NCBI RefSeq assembly: GCF_902652985.1
Contig: NC_047016.1
Coordinates: 48,298,001 to 48,362,000 of the forward strand
Direction: 5' to 3'
Source: Pecten maximus
Lineage: Eukaryota
DNA length: 64,000 bases
The translations under genes and the position numbers were made by a program. Positions 38,061-52,540 of this stretch are shown piece by piece. The notes beneath the pieces are model-generated. The model did no database searches and was not told the DNA's origin. It saw only the letters and a list, made by a program, of their open reading frames with translations. Within the stretch, counting starts at the first letter, position 1, and each line of letters starts with the position of its first letter.

Positions 38061-41000
38061 ATGGCCATGTCAAAATTTACCGACACGATTGCAGATCTAC
38101 CCTCGGGAGTAAAGATTGTGGGCGGGGCTCTGGTCGCCGGGGCCGTGTTAGTTGCTGTCTGGAGGAGACTTGGTGCCCAGCACACCAAAAGGTATTAAAA
38201 CAAATTATGATAGGATTATTTAGACGACGTTTTAAATATTTTAGATAAGCTTTCTAGTACGCAAATAGCATTGTTAGCTTTTGAAGTGTTGACTAAAACT
38301 AGCTTACCGCTTTATGGTTCAGTAAATAGGACTTTTTATCGTTTTTCACATATTTATTTATTTATTTATTCATTTATTTATTTTAACAGGAAGGTGTATC
38401 CCCCGGATACCATTGTTATCCATCAGTTAGGGCGTGGCCCATACGTCCCTAGCCTCACACCTTTTGCAATCAAGCTCGAGACATACTTTCGGTTGGAAGG
38501 CATTCCATACCAGGTAAGTATATTCCTGTAGAATGTTATGACCAATTAAATTAACATATATATTCATCACCTGTGTATGTCTAGATATTTTGTAAACACA
38601 CATAACTCGGTGCATGCCTCAATCTCGCACCTACTCAGCGATATGCACAGCTTAAGTGACTTGGCCTTACCTGTCGTGGTTGTGAAATATGGGTATGCCG
38701 TCACACAAAGATATATTTTTATATGCATTGTACGGCAGTGTACACACCAAATACAGGAGAGGCAGAAAAGGGGATGTCATTATACATTAAACAGTTTTTG
38801 TACCATACGTCCTGTTATCACATGAAATTGAGTTGATCACGCGGACTGTTAATTGACACTTTTTTATTATATTGGCTGAATATTAATAGAATAATCGGTC
38901 GCGTATTGGGACTATCTATCAGTGTACTGAATTGATAATAGGGATTCCGGTTACGCCTATCCAGTCAGCGAAACGTACGTATTTATCGTTACAACAAGTT
39001 TTGAAGTTTCAGATGGGACCGTGGGCGTGAACATGACCAGGGCTCTTTCCTGTTACACATATCATCTGACTCGATGCAGTCATACAAAGCCCATTTACCT
39101 GATGATTCACTGCATGTCGTTATCACTGGAACCCAAATCCCTGTCATCTTACCTAGGTCAAGGTCACTATTGTATCATCTCAAGGTCACTCCGTATTCTT
39201 CTACAAAAAGTGTGGAGGAGACACCGATATACTACCCCTACACCTTTCTCCTCACTAGGTTGAAGAAAAGTCATACCTGCGATTAATGCGAGTTGTGGCT
39301 GCAGTGGAGACCGCATAATATCGCTTATCGTTTTATATGTAAGGTTCCGTAGTCACCACACTGTTATATGGTATTCATTTAGAGGACGCAAAATAATCTG
39401 GATTCGTTTTAGATTAACATGGCGGATGTCGCGGATGAGGCAAAAGACGCTTTTTTTTACATGAACACCTGGTCTTAGCCTCTGTATAATTTTTCATTAG
39501 CGTCGGTGTAAATCGATATTTTGTTCATAATTTCACTTTTTTTTTTACTGATTTTTGTTAGAATTACGACTATACGATATATATTTCATACATATTATTT
39601 TAAATACAAATGTACACGCCACATGTACAGACATTTGTCTGTTGTACATTTGAAAAGTATGCATAGAGGATGTAAAAGAACGCTATCGCGTAGGGTCCAC
39701 ATTAACACTACCAACAATAACATACTCCACCCAGCGATATTACACTGTGTCTAGAGTCCATCCATTTCTCACTGAGCTATTCATCAAAGATGGTCATCGC
39801 TGAAGCAATGGACATTTTCTCGATAAAATATTATATTGTCTATACCCCTAACTAATTCCACGTTACGTTGTGTAATGGTACAAATTTTAATTTATCTGCG
39901 CTTTTTTTCGGCACTGTGGCTTACAAAGCTTGTAGACCGGTATATTTTATACTACTTTCCTGTTCAAGCTAGACATTAGACGGCCGAATAAAGTATGAAT
40001 GGACATCTGGAAGCAAAAAATTACATGGTGTGAAATTCTCCGATTGTATCTTACGAAGGCGGTGACCACCTTCAAGATCAAAAGGAGAATAAAAAATCCT
40101 ATGTTCAAGGGTATATGACCCATACCTGTCTTTTCCTGGGCAAACGCTCATGTATACACTTAGACACTCTGTTTGGAAGATATTGGAAGACTTAAATAAA
40201 CACAAAAAATAGCTATGAAATAAGCTAAATGTTTTTAATTGTTTATTGGGGATAAGGACTTGCTAAAGTGATGTAAGATATCATATAAAAACGTGACCTT
40301 GCTCAGATAATATACCACATTATAATTCTGCCTGAAGAAGACAGCGTGAACAGATTAATATACGGGTTTATAGTTAAAGTGCTTCAGGAGAGGAAGTGTT
40401 CAGTTAGCGTGAACCAGAAAAGGCTGCCACTTAAGAACCTCAGACAACTTTTAATTATGTCTTGTCGATGAGCTGCATATTTAGAATATCAGCGAAATCT
40501 GGCGGGAATTCCACAGTTGTTTAAAATTTCAGAAATATTAAGCTATATTATTGTGACAGGGTGATAAATTTGATAAGGGGCAGCGACAGAGTAGGGGGAG
40601 AGAAACAGACTGGCATGTATGTATGTCCAATCGATGAGTCTGACATTGTCCCACGGCACCTCACCAAGTGTCAAGAGAGGTAAACTTTAAATTGGAGTGT
40701 CATGATCGTAAGTAAAATAAAGGGAAACTTATAATTAGACTGTTTAGATTAGGCTATGTTTATTTATGAATTAATGCATTGAATTGTTCTTTTGGATGAG
40801 GAGTAAAAGTTTATGGCTTGACAGATAAGGGTAGCCAGTGGCGTGATAATGTGTGTGCCTGGACAGGGTGATTAGGATAATGGTATGTAGCATTGAATGG
40901 TCAGTCGAGTGTGAGCAGCGAGAAGTGCGGATGGGACAGCGTGTGGAAGTGCGGATGGGACAGCGTGTGGAAGTTTGACTCATGTACTGTAAATATGTGT

Positions 41001-44000
41001 GACTTGTAAATAGAACTTGTAAATATGTGAATAAACTGTAAATAGGAAACTGTCGGATTATCGTTGTGGGATAACCAAACCAGTGGCTCCGTCACATTAT
41101 GTACGGAAATCATACGAAAACTTAACTAACCCTTCAAACCCCATATGCATTTATTGTCTATATTTTTGAGATATTAAAAGTGATGTACTTATAACGTACT
41201 TATTTTAGCGTACTTAAATTTTCGCGCTTAACCGAATTCATCAGATTAGCGCGGTGACACTTTACAGAAACTACAATTACAACATAATTTAGCGGAAATC
41301 TATAATAAGATTATCGTCATAATATATATGTTTGCAGTTATAATGACGTCATATATATTTGTGTTTAACAAACAGCCTTCAATGCGACTTTTAATCTCTC
41401 TTTGTATCTCCGTTAGGTTGAACATGACCTGCTCAAGAAAAGCAAGAAAACAGGAAAAGTGCCGTTTTTGCAGTACAACGGAGAGGAAGTATCGGATAGC
41501 GAGTTCATCCTAGAGTTCCTCAGTAAGGAAAAGGACTTTGACCTTTATAGAGATCTTACACCTGAACATATTGGAATCGGCAGGGCCTTCCAGAAAATGG
41601 CGGAGGAAAATACATACTGGTATGCTGACATTGTATCACAATATGTATAAATAGCCCCCAACGGGGTGCCATCTTGGTGTTTATCTCTGTATATTTCGGT
41701 ATAAAGACTGAAGTAGTATATGGCAAACACGAGGAGTCCGTGCAGGAACGTGGAAAGCATATATCTGCTGTGTCACACTTAGTGTGGTGAGAGGCGACTA
41801 ATTGTGGAGACCCCCTGCAGGGCTAGGGGTGGGTTCTCATTGGACATTGAAGAGACCAAAATCAAAATAGATGTTCTGCCCCCGTTAAATTACTTGCGAT
41901 CTTAAATAATCATTGCTATGTCTTTCTTGCTTTGTCTTCTTAGTCAAGGTGTCACCTTGACGCCTGTCCTCATATAACACTGGCTGTTAATTTGTGTCTC
42001 CTAGACACCCGTTCTCATATAATTTATGTCTCCTAGACACCCGTTCTCATATATCACTGGCTGTTAATTTGTGTCACCTTGACGCCTGTCCTCAAATAAC
42101 CCTGGCTGTTAAATTGTGTCTCCTAGACACTCGTTCTCATATAACAGTTGTAACCACGGTGACGTCAATAGCCCACAATAGCCCACAATCAAAATGGCTG
42201 TCTCATTTAAAGGGTCATGCTCTCTGTAATGTAACTCAACGGATTTGACCTAGATTAGTATGGCAGTATTGTCGATGAAGCAGAAGACGCTAAATCTTCC
42301 GGAACACACGATCTTGTTTTGTCTCATTGGACTTTGTCAAGGATCTCCATGCAAATCTATATTGTAGCCGTATTCGCTCTCGTTTATCGATTTTGAGTTA
42401 GAATTACGTATTTGCATTAGTGTATGTATTTTCTGTTAATCTCTTAATATATGAAATGAATAAGAAATGTAAATACAAGTATAAAACCTCCCAAATTTTA
42501 ATGTTAACAGTCTTGAGACATTATTATAAAAACTGTGTTTGGTAACATACAATATGGAAGTTATAATATATAAGTGTATATTTTTTCTAGGTGCTTTGTG
42601 GCGGATAGGTGGGTTCTTGACAAAACCAAAACAGCACTGAAAGAGTCCGGTATTCCTCGGTTTCTATGGTAGGTCATGGATTACACCGATTCGTTGATTC
42701 TCGGAAAAGGTATAACGTTTGATCCCACAAAGTTTTATAATATCAAAATGATGGCAAAACCATGAAAGTGATCATAGCAGTACAAACTTGAAATCAATTA
42801 GTGGAAACCAAGTAGGTGATCGTAGCAATACAAAACAAGAAATTGATTAGGGGAAACCATGTAGTTCATCATAATAATACAAAACTAGAAATTGATTAGA
42901 GGAGACCATGCAGTTCATCATAATAAAACAAAACAAGAAATTGATTAGGGGAAACCATGTAGTTCATTATAATAAAACAAAACTAGAAATTGATTAGGGG
43001 AAACCGTGTAGTTGATCATAATAATACAAAACTAGAAATTGATTAGGGGAAACCATGAAGTTCATCATAATAATACAAAACTAGAAATTGATTAGAGGAG
43101 ACCATGTAGTTCATCATAATAAAACAAAACAAGAAATTGATTAGGGGAAACCATGAAGTTCATCATAATAAAACAAAACTAGAAATTGATTAGGGGAAAC
43201 CGTGTAGTTGATCATAATAATACAAAACTAGAAATTGATTAGGGGAAACCATGAAGTTCATCATAATAAAACAAAACTAGAAATTGATTAGGGGAAACCA
43301 TGAAGTTCATCATAATAAAACAAAACAAGAAATTGATTAGGGGAAACCATGTAGTTCATTATAATAAAACAAAACTAGAAATTGATTAGGGGAAACCGTG
43401 TAGTTGATCATAATAATACAAAACTAGAAATTGATTAGGGGAAACCATGAAGTTCATCATAATAATACAAAACTAGAAATTGATTAGAGGAGACCATGTA
43501 GTTCATCATAATAAAACAAAACAAGAAATTGATTAGGGGAAACCATGAAGTTCATCATAATAAAACAAAACTAGAAATTGATTAGGGGAAACCATGTAGT
43601 TCATTATAATAAAACAAAACTAGAAATTGATTAGAGGAGACCATGAAGTTCATCATAATAAAACAAAACAAGAAATTGATTAGGGGAAACCATGTAGTTC
43701 ATCATAATAATACAAAACTAGAAATTGATTAGGGGAAACCGTGTAGTTCATCATAATAATACAAAACTAGAAATTGATTAGGGGAAACCGTGTAGTTCAT
43801 CATAATACAAAACTAGAAATTGATTAGGGGAAACCATGTAGTTCATCATAATAAAACAAAACTAGAAATTGATTAGGGGAAACCGTGTAGTTCATCATAA
43901 TAAAACAAAACTAGAAATTGATTAGGGGAAACCGTGTAGTTCATCATAATAAAACAAAACTAGAAATTGATTAGGGGAAACCGTGTAGTTCATCATAATA

Positions 44001-46461
44001 ATACAAAACTAGAAATTGATTAGGGGAGACCATGTAGTTCATCATAATAAAACAAAACTAGAAATTGATTAGGGGAAACCATGTAGTTCATCATAATAAA
44101 AAAAAACTAGAAATTGATTAGGGGAAACCATGTAGTTCATCGTAGCCGTAAAAAAATCGAAATTGATAAAGTATTTATCTTTTTCTTGTTGTAGCCACTT
44201 TTGGATCAGTGACGGTTGACATTTTTATATCATAACTGTTCATTGTGCTTTTCCTCATTACCGTGTCCCACTAAGGCAATAATCTAATCAACCTGATATT
44301 TTTTACATTGAACATCATATAATATAGGGTTGTTAATTAGCCAATTCCATATTGGCCCTGTTATTAGGCCAAGGTCTGTCATATTGGCCTGAGGCCGCAG
44401 GCCAAGGGCCAATTTGACAGACCGAGGCCTAATAACAGGGCCAATATGGAATTGGCTGATTAATGACTCTTTTATTAATTAACTACTAACGCATATTTTT
44501 GCCAAATAAAATTTAATGACAACAATACATGTAATAATCAGTTCAACAAATTTAATGACAACAATTAATTCAATAAAAATATTCTAATAAGAATCATTAT
44601 AATGAGTCAGTTCAATTAATTTAAATTATTCTTGAGAGCTGGGAGGGAACTGTAGATAGTCGTCGGCGATAACCCTGCGGCCTCAGGCCAATATGACAGA
44701 CCTTGGCCTAATAACATGGCCAATATGGAATTGGCTAATTAATAACCCTATATTATTGCGTAGACGTTAAAGGGAAAATTCACGACACCATAATCTAATC
44801 ATTTAGTGAAGCATTTCTTAATAAAACATAGATAACTGTGTATATTTGTTTAACTGGTAACATTGAAATATGTCCTTATATTTAAAGTACATTGTACATA
44901 AAGACCTTAACAGCTAAGCGTTTCCAAACGTGTTTATATAGCACGCATATATAATAGTCTTTTAATACGAATCTAGTAAAATATTCTTATATAAATTTAG
45001 TAAAAGATTCCTATATTCGTACTGAGGAATAAAAAAGTGTAATGAATAGCATAATCACGTGATATGACTTACGTTTGTTGTAATCGTAGGGGTAGAATGC
45101 AAAAAAAAGTCTGGACTCAGATACATGCACAAGGTATAGGGCGTCATACACCAGAGGAAATACGTCACATCATGTCGGGAGACCTGAAGGCCATATCCGA
45201 CTATATTGGTAAATATTACCGCCTGACATGTGTTTTATTCTGCATTTTATTTTTTATCTCTAATATCAATATTTCGATTTATACAGTACTGTTTGTACTG
45301 TGGGTGACTAAGACTTAAGTTATGAATTATTTTTAACATCTATTTTAGGGTCAAAGAAGTTTATGTTCGGTGAGAAAGCCTGTAAATTTGACTGTGCAGT
45401 ATTTGGAATTTTGGCCGAGATCAGATGGGCGTCATTCGGAGGGTTTGGAACATCTGTCATCAAACGTGAGCTTCTATTAATATAATATGTAATGTATATC
45501 ATACATCATGTTCTTAATATCGTGAAGAGAAGAGAAGAAAACTATGTAAAGAGATCTCTTCACTGTTTTCTTTGATTAAAAAGACAAGAACTGTAAAAAT
45601 CATTTTTGGAAAATATCAACAGGCGCAATATTTCTAAGAATATATAACTAAGATTTCCTCTTAATTACGAATATTAAAAGTGTATGCTACCAGATACCTA
45701 AATCAGTGCAAAACAACAGTTTTACAACTTTGTAGGTCCTAGCTACGAGGACGCGTCACTATGGTACCTCTCGTAAGCAGAGGGCTGCATTATCTAGCAT
45801 CAACGCGACTTCGTTCTTGTTTGTTTTTACAATTATCAACCGAGATATTTATTCATAGAACATTATAGGCTCGTGTATCGGCGTATCTTAAACCCATTTC
45901 ACCATCTATCAGAAGAAATCATAATTTTATGATTGTGAAATCTACAACTAATGTCGCTTTAACAATATTTTATATTGATATATATATATATATATATATA
46001 CATTTTTGTAATTGTAATTTACATGATTACAAAACATGTAGTACCAGCTGCCACACTGCAAATGCCACAGGCATATAGAAATACAAAAATATATCTAAAT
46101 CATCGGAAGCATAGAAAGTGGCTTAACATGATGTATTCACTTCATACTAGATAGATACAATTATTTATAAGAAGAATGACAGCTATGGGACTATCCCAGT
46201 CACAAAGCAAGATATCTTCGAGGGCAAACAAGACTGTATTTCTAACTCAACATGGCAGCAAAGCATGAACATAAGAACAATAGTATTTTAGGACCAAGTG
46301 TTTCGGAAGGATCACCGTTTATATTTAAACCGACATAACAGATTTATTTCATTATTATTCTATCTTCAGAATATCCTAATCTTTGCGAATATTGTGAAAG
46401 AATGAAGGAAACATTTTGGCCTGACTGGAACGAGTATATTCAACGAGACTGCACCAAGTAG
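38061..46461 (+). CDS. FAXC: Failed axon connections homolog (metaxin/GST-fold protein), ~287 aa
   Basis: Exons 38061-38191 (N-terminal hydrophobic anchor), 38390-38513 (HQLGRGPYVPSLTPFAIKLETYFRLEGIPYQ), 41417-41619 (GKVPFLQYNGEEVSDSEFI..RAFQKMAEENTYW), 42591-42668, 45090-45208 (AQGIGRHTPEE..DLKAISDYIG), 45349-45465 (KKFMFGEK..DCAVFG), 46370-46461 (YPNLCEYCERMKETFWPDW). All introns are GT-AG with consistent phases; AATAAA at ~47298. Confidence 0.93.
40552..41096 (+). mobile_element. Solo LTR (Gypsy-type), copy 2, in FAXC intron 2
   Basis: TGTGAC...GTCACA termini; 4-bp TSD TTAT; AATAAA at ~41029; short internal tandem duplication GAAGTGCGGATGGGACAGCGTGTG. Confidence 0.85.
42783..44150. repeat. 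49-bp minisatellite (~28 copies) in FAXC intron 4
   Basis: Unit AAAACTAGAAATTGATTAGGGGAAACCATGTAGTTCATCATAATAAWAC. Confidence 0.97.
44319..44756. mobile_element. Foldback element with 83-bp terminal inverted repeats and an internal hairpin
   Basis: 44319-44401 and 44674-44756 are reverse complements with 2 mismatches; 44336-44464 also folds back on itself. Confidence 0.8.
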
Positions 46462-48689
46462 TTAAAATGCCTAGACATGTCCGTTACCTGTGAAGGACAC
46501 AATCTGCCAACATAGAAATACATAATGATCCGACATATGATGGCTAGACAGTGGTGTGTTGTTAGCAACTTTGTCTATGTGCCTTTTCCCAGTGTCTTAC
46601 ATTTTGAGGAGAGCAGGGTAATATGGATGTCCTGGTATCATAGAAATTGGAACTCGTCTGAAACAAAATGTTAAAATTTTGTTATTAAGTTTCTGTTTTA
46701 AATTGGAAAAAACACACAAGAAAGCTGTCTGTTTCAGATACTCTGAATATACATAATGTATATAGTTTAATGCATATATTTGTATAAAGCAGAGGCACTA
46801 TGACACGAATACCGGTTCAGTGCATTATCACGCAACATGGCATGGTGAAAAGTGACGTCATTTCCTGTACTGTCAAAGTTCACGTCAGGACAAACAAGAA
46901 TGTTGATTAAAATTGTAATCAATCTTTGTGAGTTTAGGTTTTCTTTCATGTTCTGAATTTTGAAATCTGTTTTTTTTTTTTTTCTTTCTTTCTTTTTTTC
47001 GCACATCTTATTCTGTCTGGTGAAAGGTGATGACGTCACTAGCCTTTGAGTATAAGCAAGCTTTTGGTCATGTAATTCATCACTAGAGTGGTAAAATATC
47101 TGGTCGTAAAAGTCCTATGGACCCCAAAGGCCTCAAAATCTAAGAATGGTTTTATTAATGGTTTAAAGCATTAGCATGGTTAGGTAATGTATTAAGTTTT
47201 TTTATTGTTGTTTTAATTTTACATGGTTGTAATTAATATATATATATGTAAAAAGTTTTTATATACATTTGTAAAAAATGGAAGACAGCATAATCTCAAT
47301 AAACTATTCATCCCAAAGAAAGCTTAGTTTAAAACGTTGAAATTTTTTGATGGGAAAAACATTCAAAAACAAAACAAAAACAAAAACAAAACAACTTTCA
47401 TTGAACATTTTTCGTATTGACAGTATATTTTTTTGGTTTTTGTTTTTTTTGTTTTTTGGTTTTTTGGTTTTTTTTACTTTTTATTTGAACACCAACCAGA
47501 AAACTGCAGCGTAAAAGTTAACAGGCAGCCATGTCTAGCCCTAGATTTACCACATTTATCGAGGTGAGCAAGAATATGACAAGGTAAAGGTTTGAACTTA
47601 CCTTTTTCTGTCGTCAGTTCAGAAGGATGGGATAGAAATTTGATGAACAATGTTCATTAAACATGTGTTGTTAACTACAAGTTTGACTTTCTTTTCTTTG
47701 TTTATTTTTTCAGCCCGAAAATTTAGGTGCACGAAAAAATGATACATCTACAATGGACTTCACAAATATGCTCATATCTATCATTAAATATATAATCTAG
47801 AATGTAAAATCACATCCGTTATGCTTGTAGTATAAGTATGTCTATTTGAGCAAGCTTAAGCGATAGTTATTCCAGTTGTTTTCTAATACACTATGTACCT
47901 CATTAGTCTGCGTGTTGGTGAATATAGCAAACTGGTGGTCATTGTAGAAGTAGAAGAAGAAAAGTGTGAATGCATATTTCTAATAGTAATCGACATTTTA
48001 TGACGACATTGCATTATTGGACACAATATATGGTGTGATATCAATGAGTTCAGAAATCCACCTCAATTTCCATAGGGTTGGAGATATATGAAAATCTGTG
48101 AGTTTTTGTTTTTAAGAGGCTTTATGAATTTGCTCTCAGCTTAATGTACTGTAACAATCGAGTCAATTGTGTTATGTATAGTTATAAAATATTGTATTCT
48201 GTAAATCCGCTTATTTTGGCGAACTCAAATTTTAGCAAAAAAAAAAAAAACAACCCCAAATTCAGAATTAACGCAAAGGCGATATTGCCGCTGAGGTAGC
48301 ACAGAAAAAAAACTATAGTAAACTATAGGTAGCAGTAGCAACATGCATAATCCAATTAGCTTGATCATAATGAATGCTATCTAGCTAAATAGCTAAATAG
48401 CTAAAACATACAAATTATGATATACTTAGTATAAACAGCAATTCCTTTCTATGTACTGTGTACCGACACGCTTCATTTGATTCATTGTCACTAACGCGCC
48501 TCCGTGATTTCGGGGGAAGTTACTTTCAAAGTAAAGGGTCATCCATAGGACAGGAAAATTGTCAAAGTAAAAACAACAGTCAAATCCTCCGGGGACTGAA
48601 GGACCAGAAAAATATGACAAACTTGGAAAAACCAGAAGCAGCCAAATAGCTAACAAGCTCCTATACCAATACCGATTACTTAACAATGC

Positions 48690-49466
48690 AACTCTGATAT
48701 AATTGCCATTGCAGAAATATAACCCCAAAACCTATAGATATGCAGAATTTTCATTGATGGATATGATCTTTTCTTGTAATAAGTGGTATTCCTCAAGGAA
48801 GTGTACTGGATCCAGTTCTATCTATCCTGTATATAAATGACCTCCCAAAATTTACTGCGTCCCCTTCACCACTATTTTTTTTATGATACTTAATTATTCA
48901 TGCACATAAAGACTAACGAGGATGTTTTGATTCTTCAAAATGATTTGAACAAATTGCAAAACTGGTCAGATACTTATCCATAAGAGCTTCTGAATTAGAA
49001 TGTCATTTTTGTATCTTGATACAGGAATATTTAAACTATTATCTAAAGCACTAGTAAGACCCAATTTAGAGTACGCCGGTAGTAGTTGAAGCTGAAGACA
49101 TCAATCTCATCAAGATCGTGCAAAGAGCAGATATTGCCTGGTTTTAAGTATCTGCCATACACCGAACATTTAGAGAGTTTTAATCTACCAACACCAAAGT
49201 ACCGCCGGAGTAGAGGAGACATGATAATTGTTTTTTTTTTCAAAATTGACAACAATATTTATTATTCCAGGATAACTAGAGAATATTTCCAAATAGACAA
49301 TGCAAACAGAACCAGGGACCAAACCAAGAAAAAACACAGATGTCGGCAGGATATAAGAAAAAAAAACATTTTCAGTCAAAGAATTATTGCTACATGGAAC
49401 AGTTTATCACAATCTGTTGTAGAGGCGGACAACACACTACATTTTGAGATAGCTCTAGAAATTTAG
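48690..49466 (+). mobile_element. Heavily decayed CR1-group LINE fragments
   Basis: SGIPQGSVL, LQNDLNKLQNWS, KALVRPNLEYA, LPTPKYRRSRGDMI and FSQRIIATWNSL occur in broken frames. Confidence 0.8.
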
Positions 49467-50530
49467 ATGACATTGCAAAAATATTTTGATTATTTTGTCA
49501 ATTCTTTAAGTTGTATACCGCACCGAAGTATTATATTTATATTACATCTATATGATAATGGTATAGAGGCTTTCAGTCTGCATCCATAACTTTGCTTTTA
49601 AAACAGAGCACAGGGGAGATAACTCCCACTTAACGTGATAGCTTCCCCAAAATGCTAAGAGAGCTACAATCAGCATTATAATAATTAATGATTGTTTTTA
49701 AGTAAGCAGTTAGTCTGAATTAGACTGGTACTTTGAAGCTGGCCTAGCTATACTGAGAAATTATTCATAAGAAATATAATTTGCAGTATGTAAATTCGCA
49801 CACCTGGCGTTGTTTTTTTTCTGCGTTTTTTTCCTCCAAGTAGTCCAGGACTTTGCTTTTTTGTTTATATGGTAACCAGACTTTCGTCGAACTTTTGCCA
49901 TATCAAATACATTTTATATCATTTCCGATTAAGTTCGTTTTGAAAACAAAAGTTGACTGTTAAGTCTCACTTCCAATAAAATCGATACTGGATGATTAAA
50001 TATGTTATTAAAATAATCCCAATTGTTGATTGGGATATGCATTTTGCAAATATTCATGATATAATCAAAACTGAATAAAAATCCACGAAGTAATAACAGC
50101 GGTGATCTGCAGACGCCCCGTCACACTTTCGTCGCCTTGTTTATATTAGAGCTGAGCAAGTAATTTCGCACACTTTCGGTATGTATTCAAAAGCATTTCC
50201 ATAGTTAATTTCAAATCGAGAAAGAATACCTCACATTATTAGATGTACAAATGCTTCGTAAAGTGCAAGTGTGTAACCTGATGTGCGCACACGTATCACT
50301 GCACATGGGAGCTGTTGTTAACTTGTCAAGATTTGAAGACGATCGGAGCGTAATTTCGCACACCAATCTAACTTCTTTAATTTTGTTGATAACTATAGTT
50401 TTCAACCATTTTGTAGACAAACAACATCCTGAACTAAGATTAAGCCCAATATTGACATGATATAAATAGTCTTTAAAAACAAAATAAATGTAAAATTCGA
50501 AAGTGTCAATTTACCGCCATATCTGCTTTA

Positions 50531-50598
50531 AAGATCGGGGAATCGAACCCCAGCCGCCAATATGAAAGGCAAGTGAGCTACCACTGTGCTACACGACC
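50531..50598 (-). pseudogene. tRNA-like remnant (pseudo-tRNA or SINE head)
   Basis: The minus strand reads TAGCACAGTGGTAG (A box) ... GGGGTTCGATTCCCC (T arm/B box); the acceptor stem does not pair. Confidence 0.55.
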
Positions 50599-51599
50599 TT
50601 CCATCCAATTTCAACACTGCAATGTATAAACAATATAATTATGCAAATGTATTTGGTAGGATTTGGGGATACAACAAGGAAATTGTCATCATTTTCTGCA
50701 GAAATTGCATTGACGTATGGGACTATCACAAGAGTGGACCAGCCTCCTGAAGTCCCTAGAGTTTTCAACTCTTCGAAAATCATTTGGGAGACTGTTCCAC
50801 ACTCGAGATGTCTCAATAGATTGTGACTTTCTGTCGTAATTCAGTGTTTACAATTCTGATGTCCGTTCCTTCTTGTGTATCATACTTAAAAATTCTGAGT
50901 CTGATGAGGGTTTGAATGTATCCAGATGAATACCTTATTGATTGTTTTATAAACCTCACATGACACGTCTATCGGACGCTTTACATATAGCATATCGCTT
51001 TTGATAAACTTCAGTAACTGTGAAAAAATAAGTTATGGTCATCATTAATGAATCTTAAAGCACCTTTTAAGTCTCTTTTTCGTTTTCCGAACACTTTTCG
51101 TGTAAGAGAATTGCCACATTAAGAGACGGTTATTACACTTGGAAGTGATTAAAGGAATTATTTATGAATCTAAAGGCGGCAATGTTTGGCTTAAAAACCC
51201 ATCAAATTCTCTTTAAAATAAAAAGTTGTTAGGAAGCTTTTCTATAGATATATGAAATGTGAGTCTCAAAGCTTAAAAAAGAGTCAAAATTTTCACCTAA
51301 AAGTCACCTACATTTTCTGGAACAATGACAGTAACTCCAACTTCCAAAGACTGTGTCATCTAGAGTATGGCCCCTGTAAAATTGGCCTGGCATTTATCAG
51401 GATTAGCCTACATGTGGTTCGATTGAAACCATTTAATAAATTACTGCAGTGATTTTCAACATGTTTAAGCTAAAGGATCTTAATTTGAACCACCAGCTGT
51501 GTTGTCATCTGCATATAGTTGTAAAGTTTGAAAAACTCACAGATATAAAAACGTATTATTTACAAATACAGTAAAAAGGAAAGGGCCAAACATCAATAC

Positions 51600-51790
51600 C
51601 GAAGGAACACATTTCAGCACGTCCAACTAGTCACCGCATTTGGAGTCAATCTTTACCTGCTGTTTCCTGCTGCTCAAGTAGCAGCTATATACCACGTTAA
51701 CAGAGTCTCCACTCATACCAAAAGCCTCCAGCTTCCTGAGCAGAAGATGATGGGGAAGGCAGCCAAAAAGTCTTGGACGAGTCCATAACA
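51600..51790 (-). mobile_element. Decayed LINE RT fragment
   Basis: FGCLPHHLLLRKLEAFGMSG..YLSSRKQQVKI matches the conserved RT segment AFDxxxHxLLLxKL..SYLSxRxQxV. Confidence 0.7.
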
Positions 51791-52540
51791 AACCGCGACA
51801 GGGTAGACTGACATCTAAATCCTGGCCTGAAATCAGTAAGGAAAGGATGAGAAATATTTGTAATAAAAACTGATCATACATGCTTCTTTCAAACAATCGT
51901 AGACATACATGGTAAAATACTGACAAGTCAAAGCTTTGTTTATCTTAAATACTTAAAAAACATGAACTACCTGTGTTCCCTTCAATATCTCTACATGGGA
52001 ACTCAGAAGTTTCCAAACAATGATTCATCAATTCCTCTAGTAACACTTATATTCGTACTACAGGCTCTCGGGAGTTTATGGGAAAGTGAAACCAATACTT
52101 TATGAAGGTATAATTTTATTATTTTATGTTAACATTTCCTGTTATATAACTATAGTTTAACTAGTAGCATGACTGATAAGTCTTGTGGTACCTGGTCCTG
52201 CAGGTAGGCCCTAAAAATTACTTGATCGAAGGGGTGACTAAAGGTGCGGTCAACATATATGGAGATTTAACATTAGCATCGGCCCCTGCTTGGATTTTCA
52301 AAATATGTTAAATACAAAAAGGTATGGGTATGAGAAGCCTAAATCTGGAAAAGTTCGTTTCAGAATTAATTCTGTGAAAAATTGGGACCTCCTTGACTAA
52401 CACCTGTGTCAAAGGTGCTGCTATATACCCCCCCCCCCCCCCCCCCCCCCCAAGAGTATTATATAACACAGTTACATACAATTATTTTTTCATTCTGTTG
52501 GTACCAAATATTACGATATTTCAAAGGAAAATGTTCATTT

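Noticed and set aside
42783-44150. CRISPR-like appearance of regular arrays (also 9469 and 59745)
   Set aside because: These are head-to-tail repeats without unique spacers, in a eukaryotic context with no cas genes.
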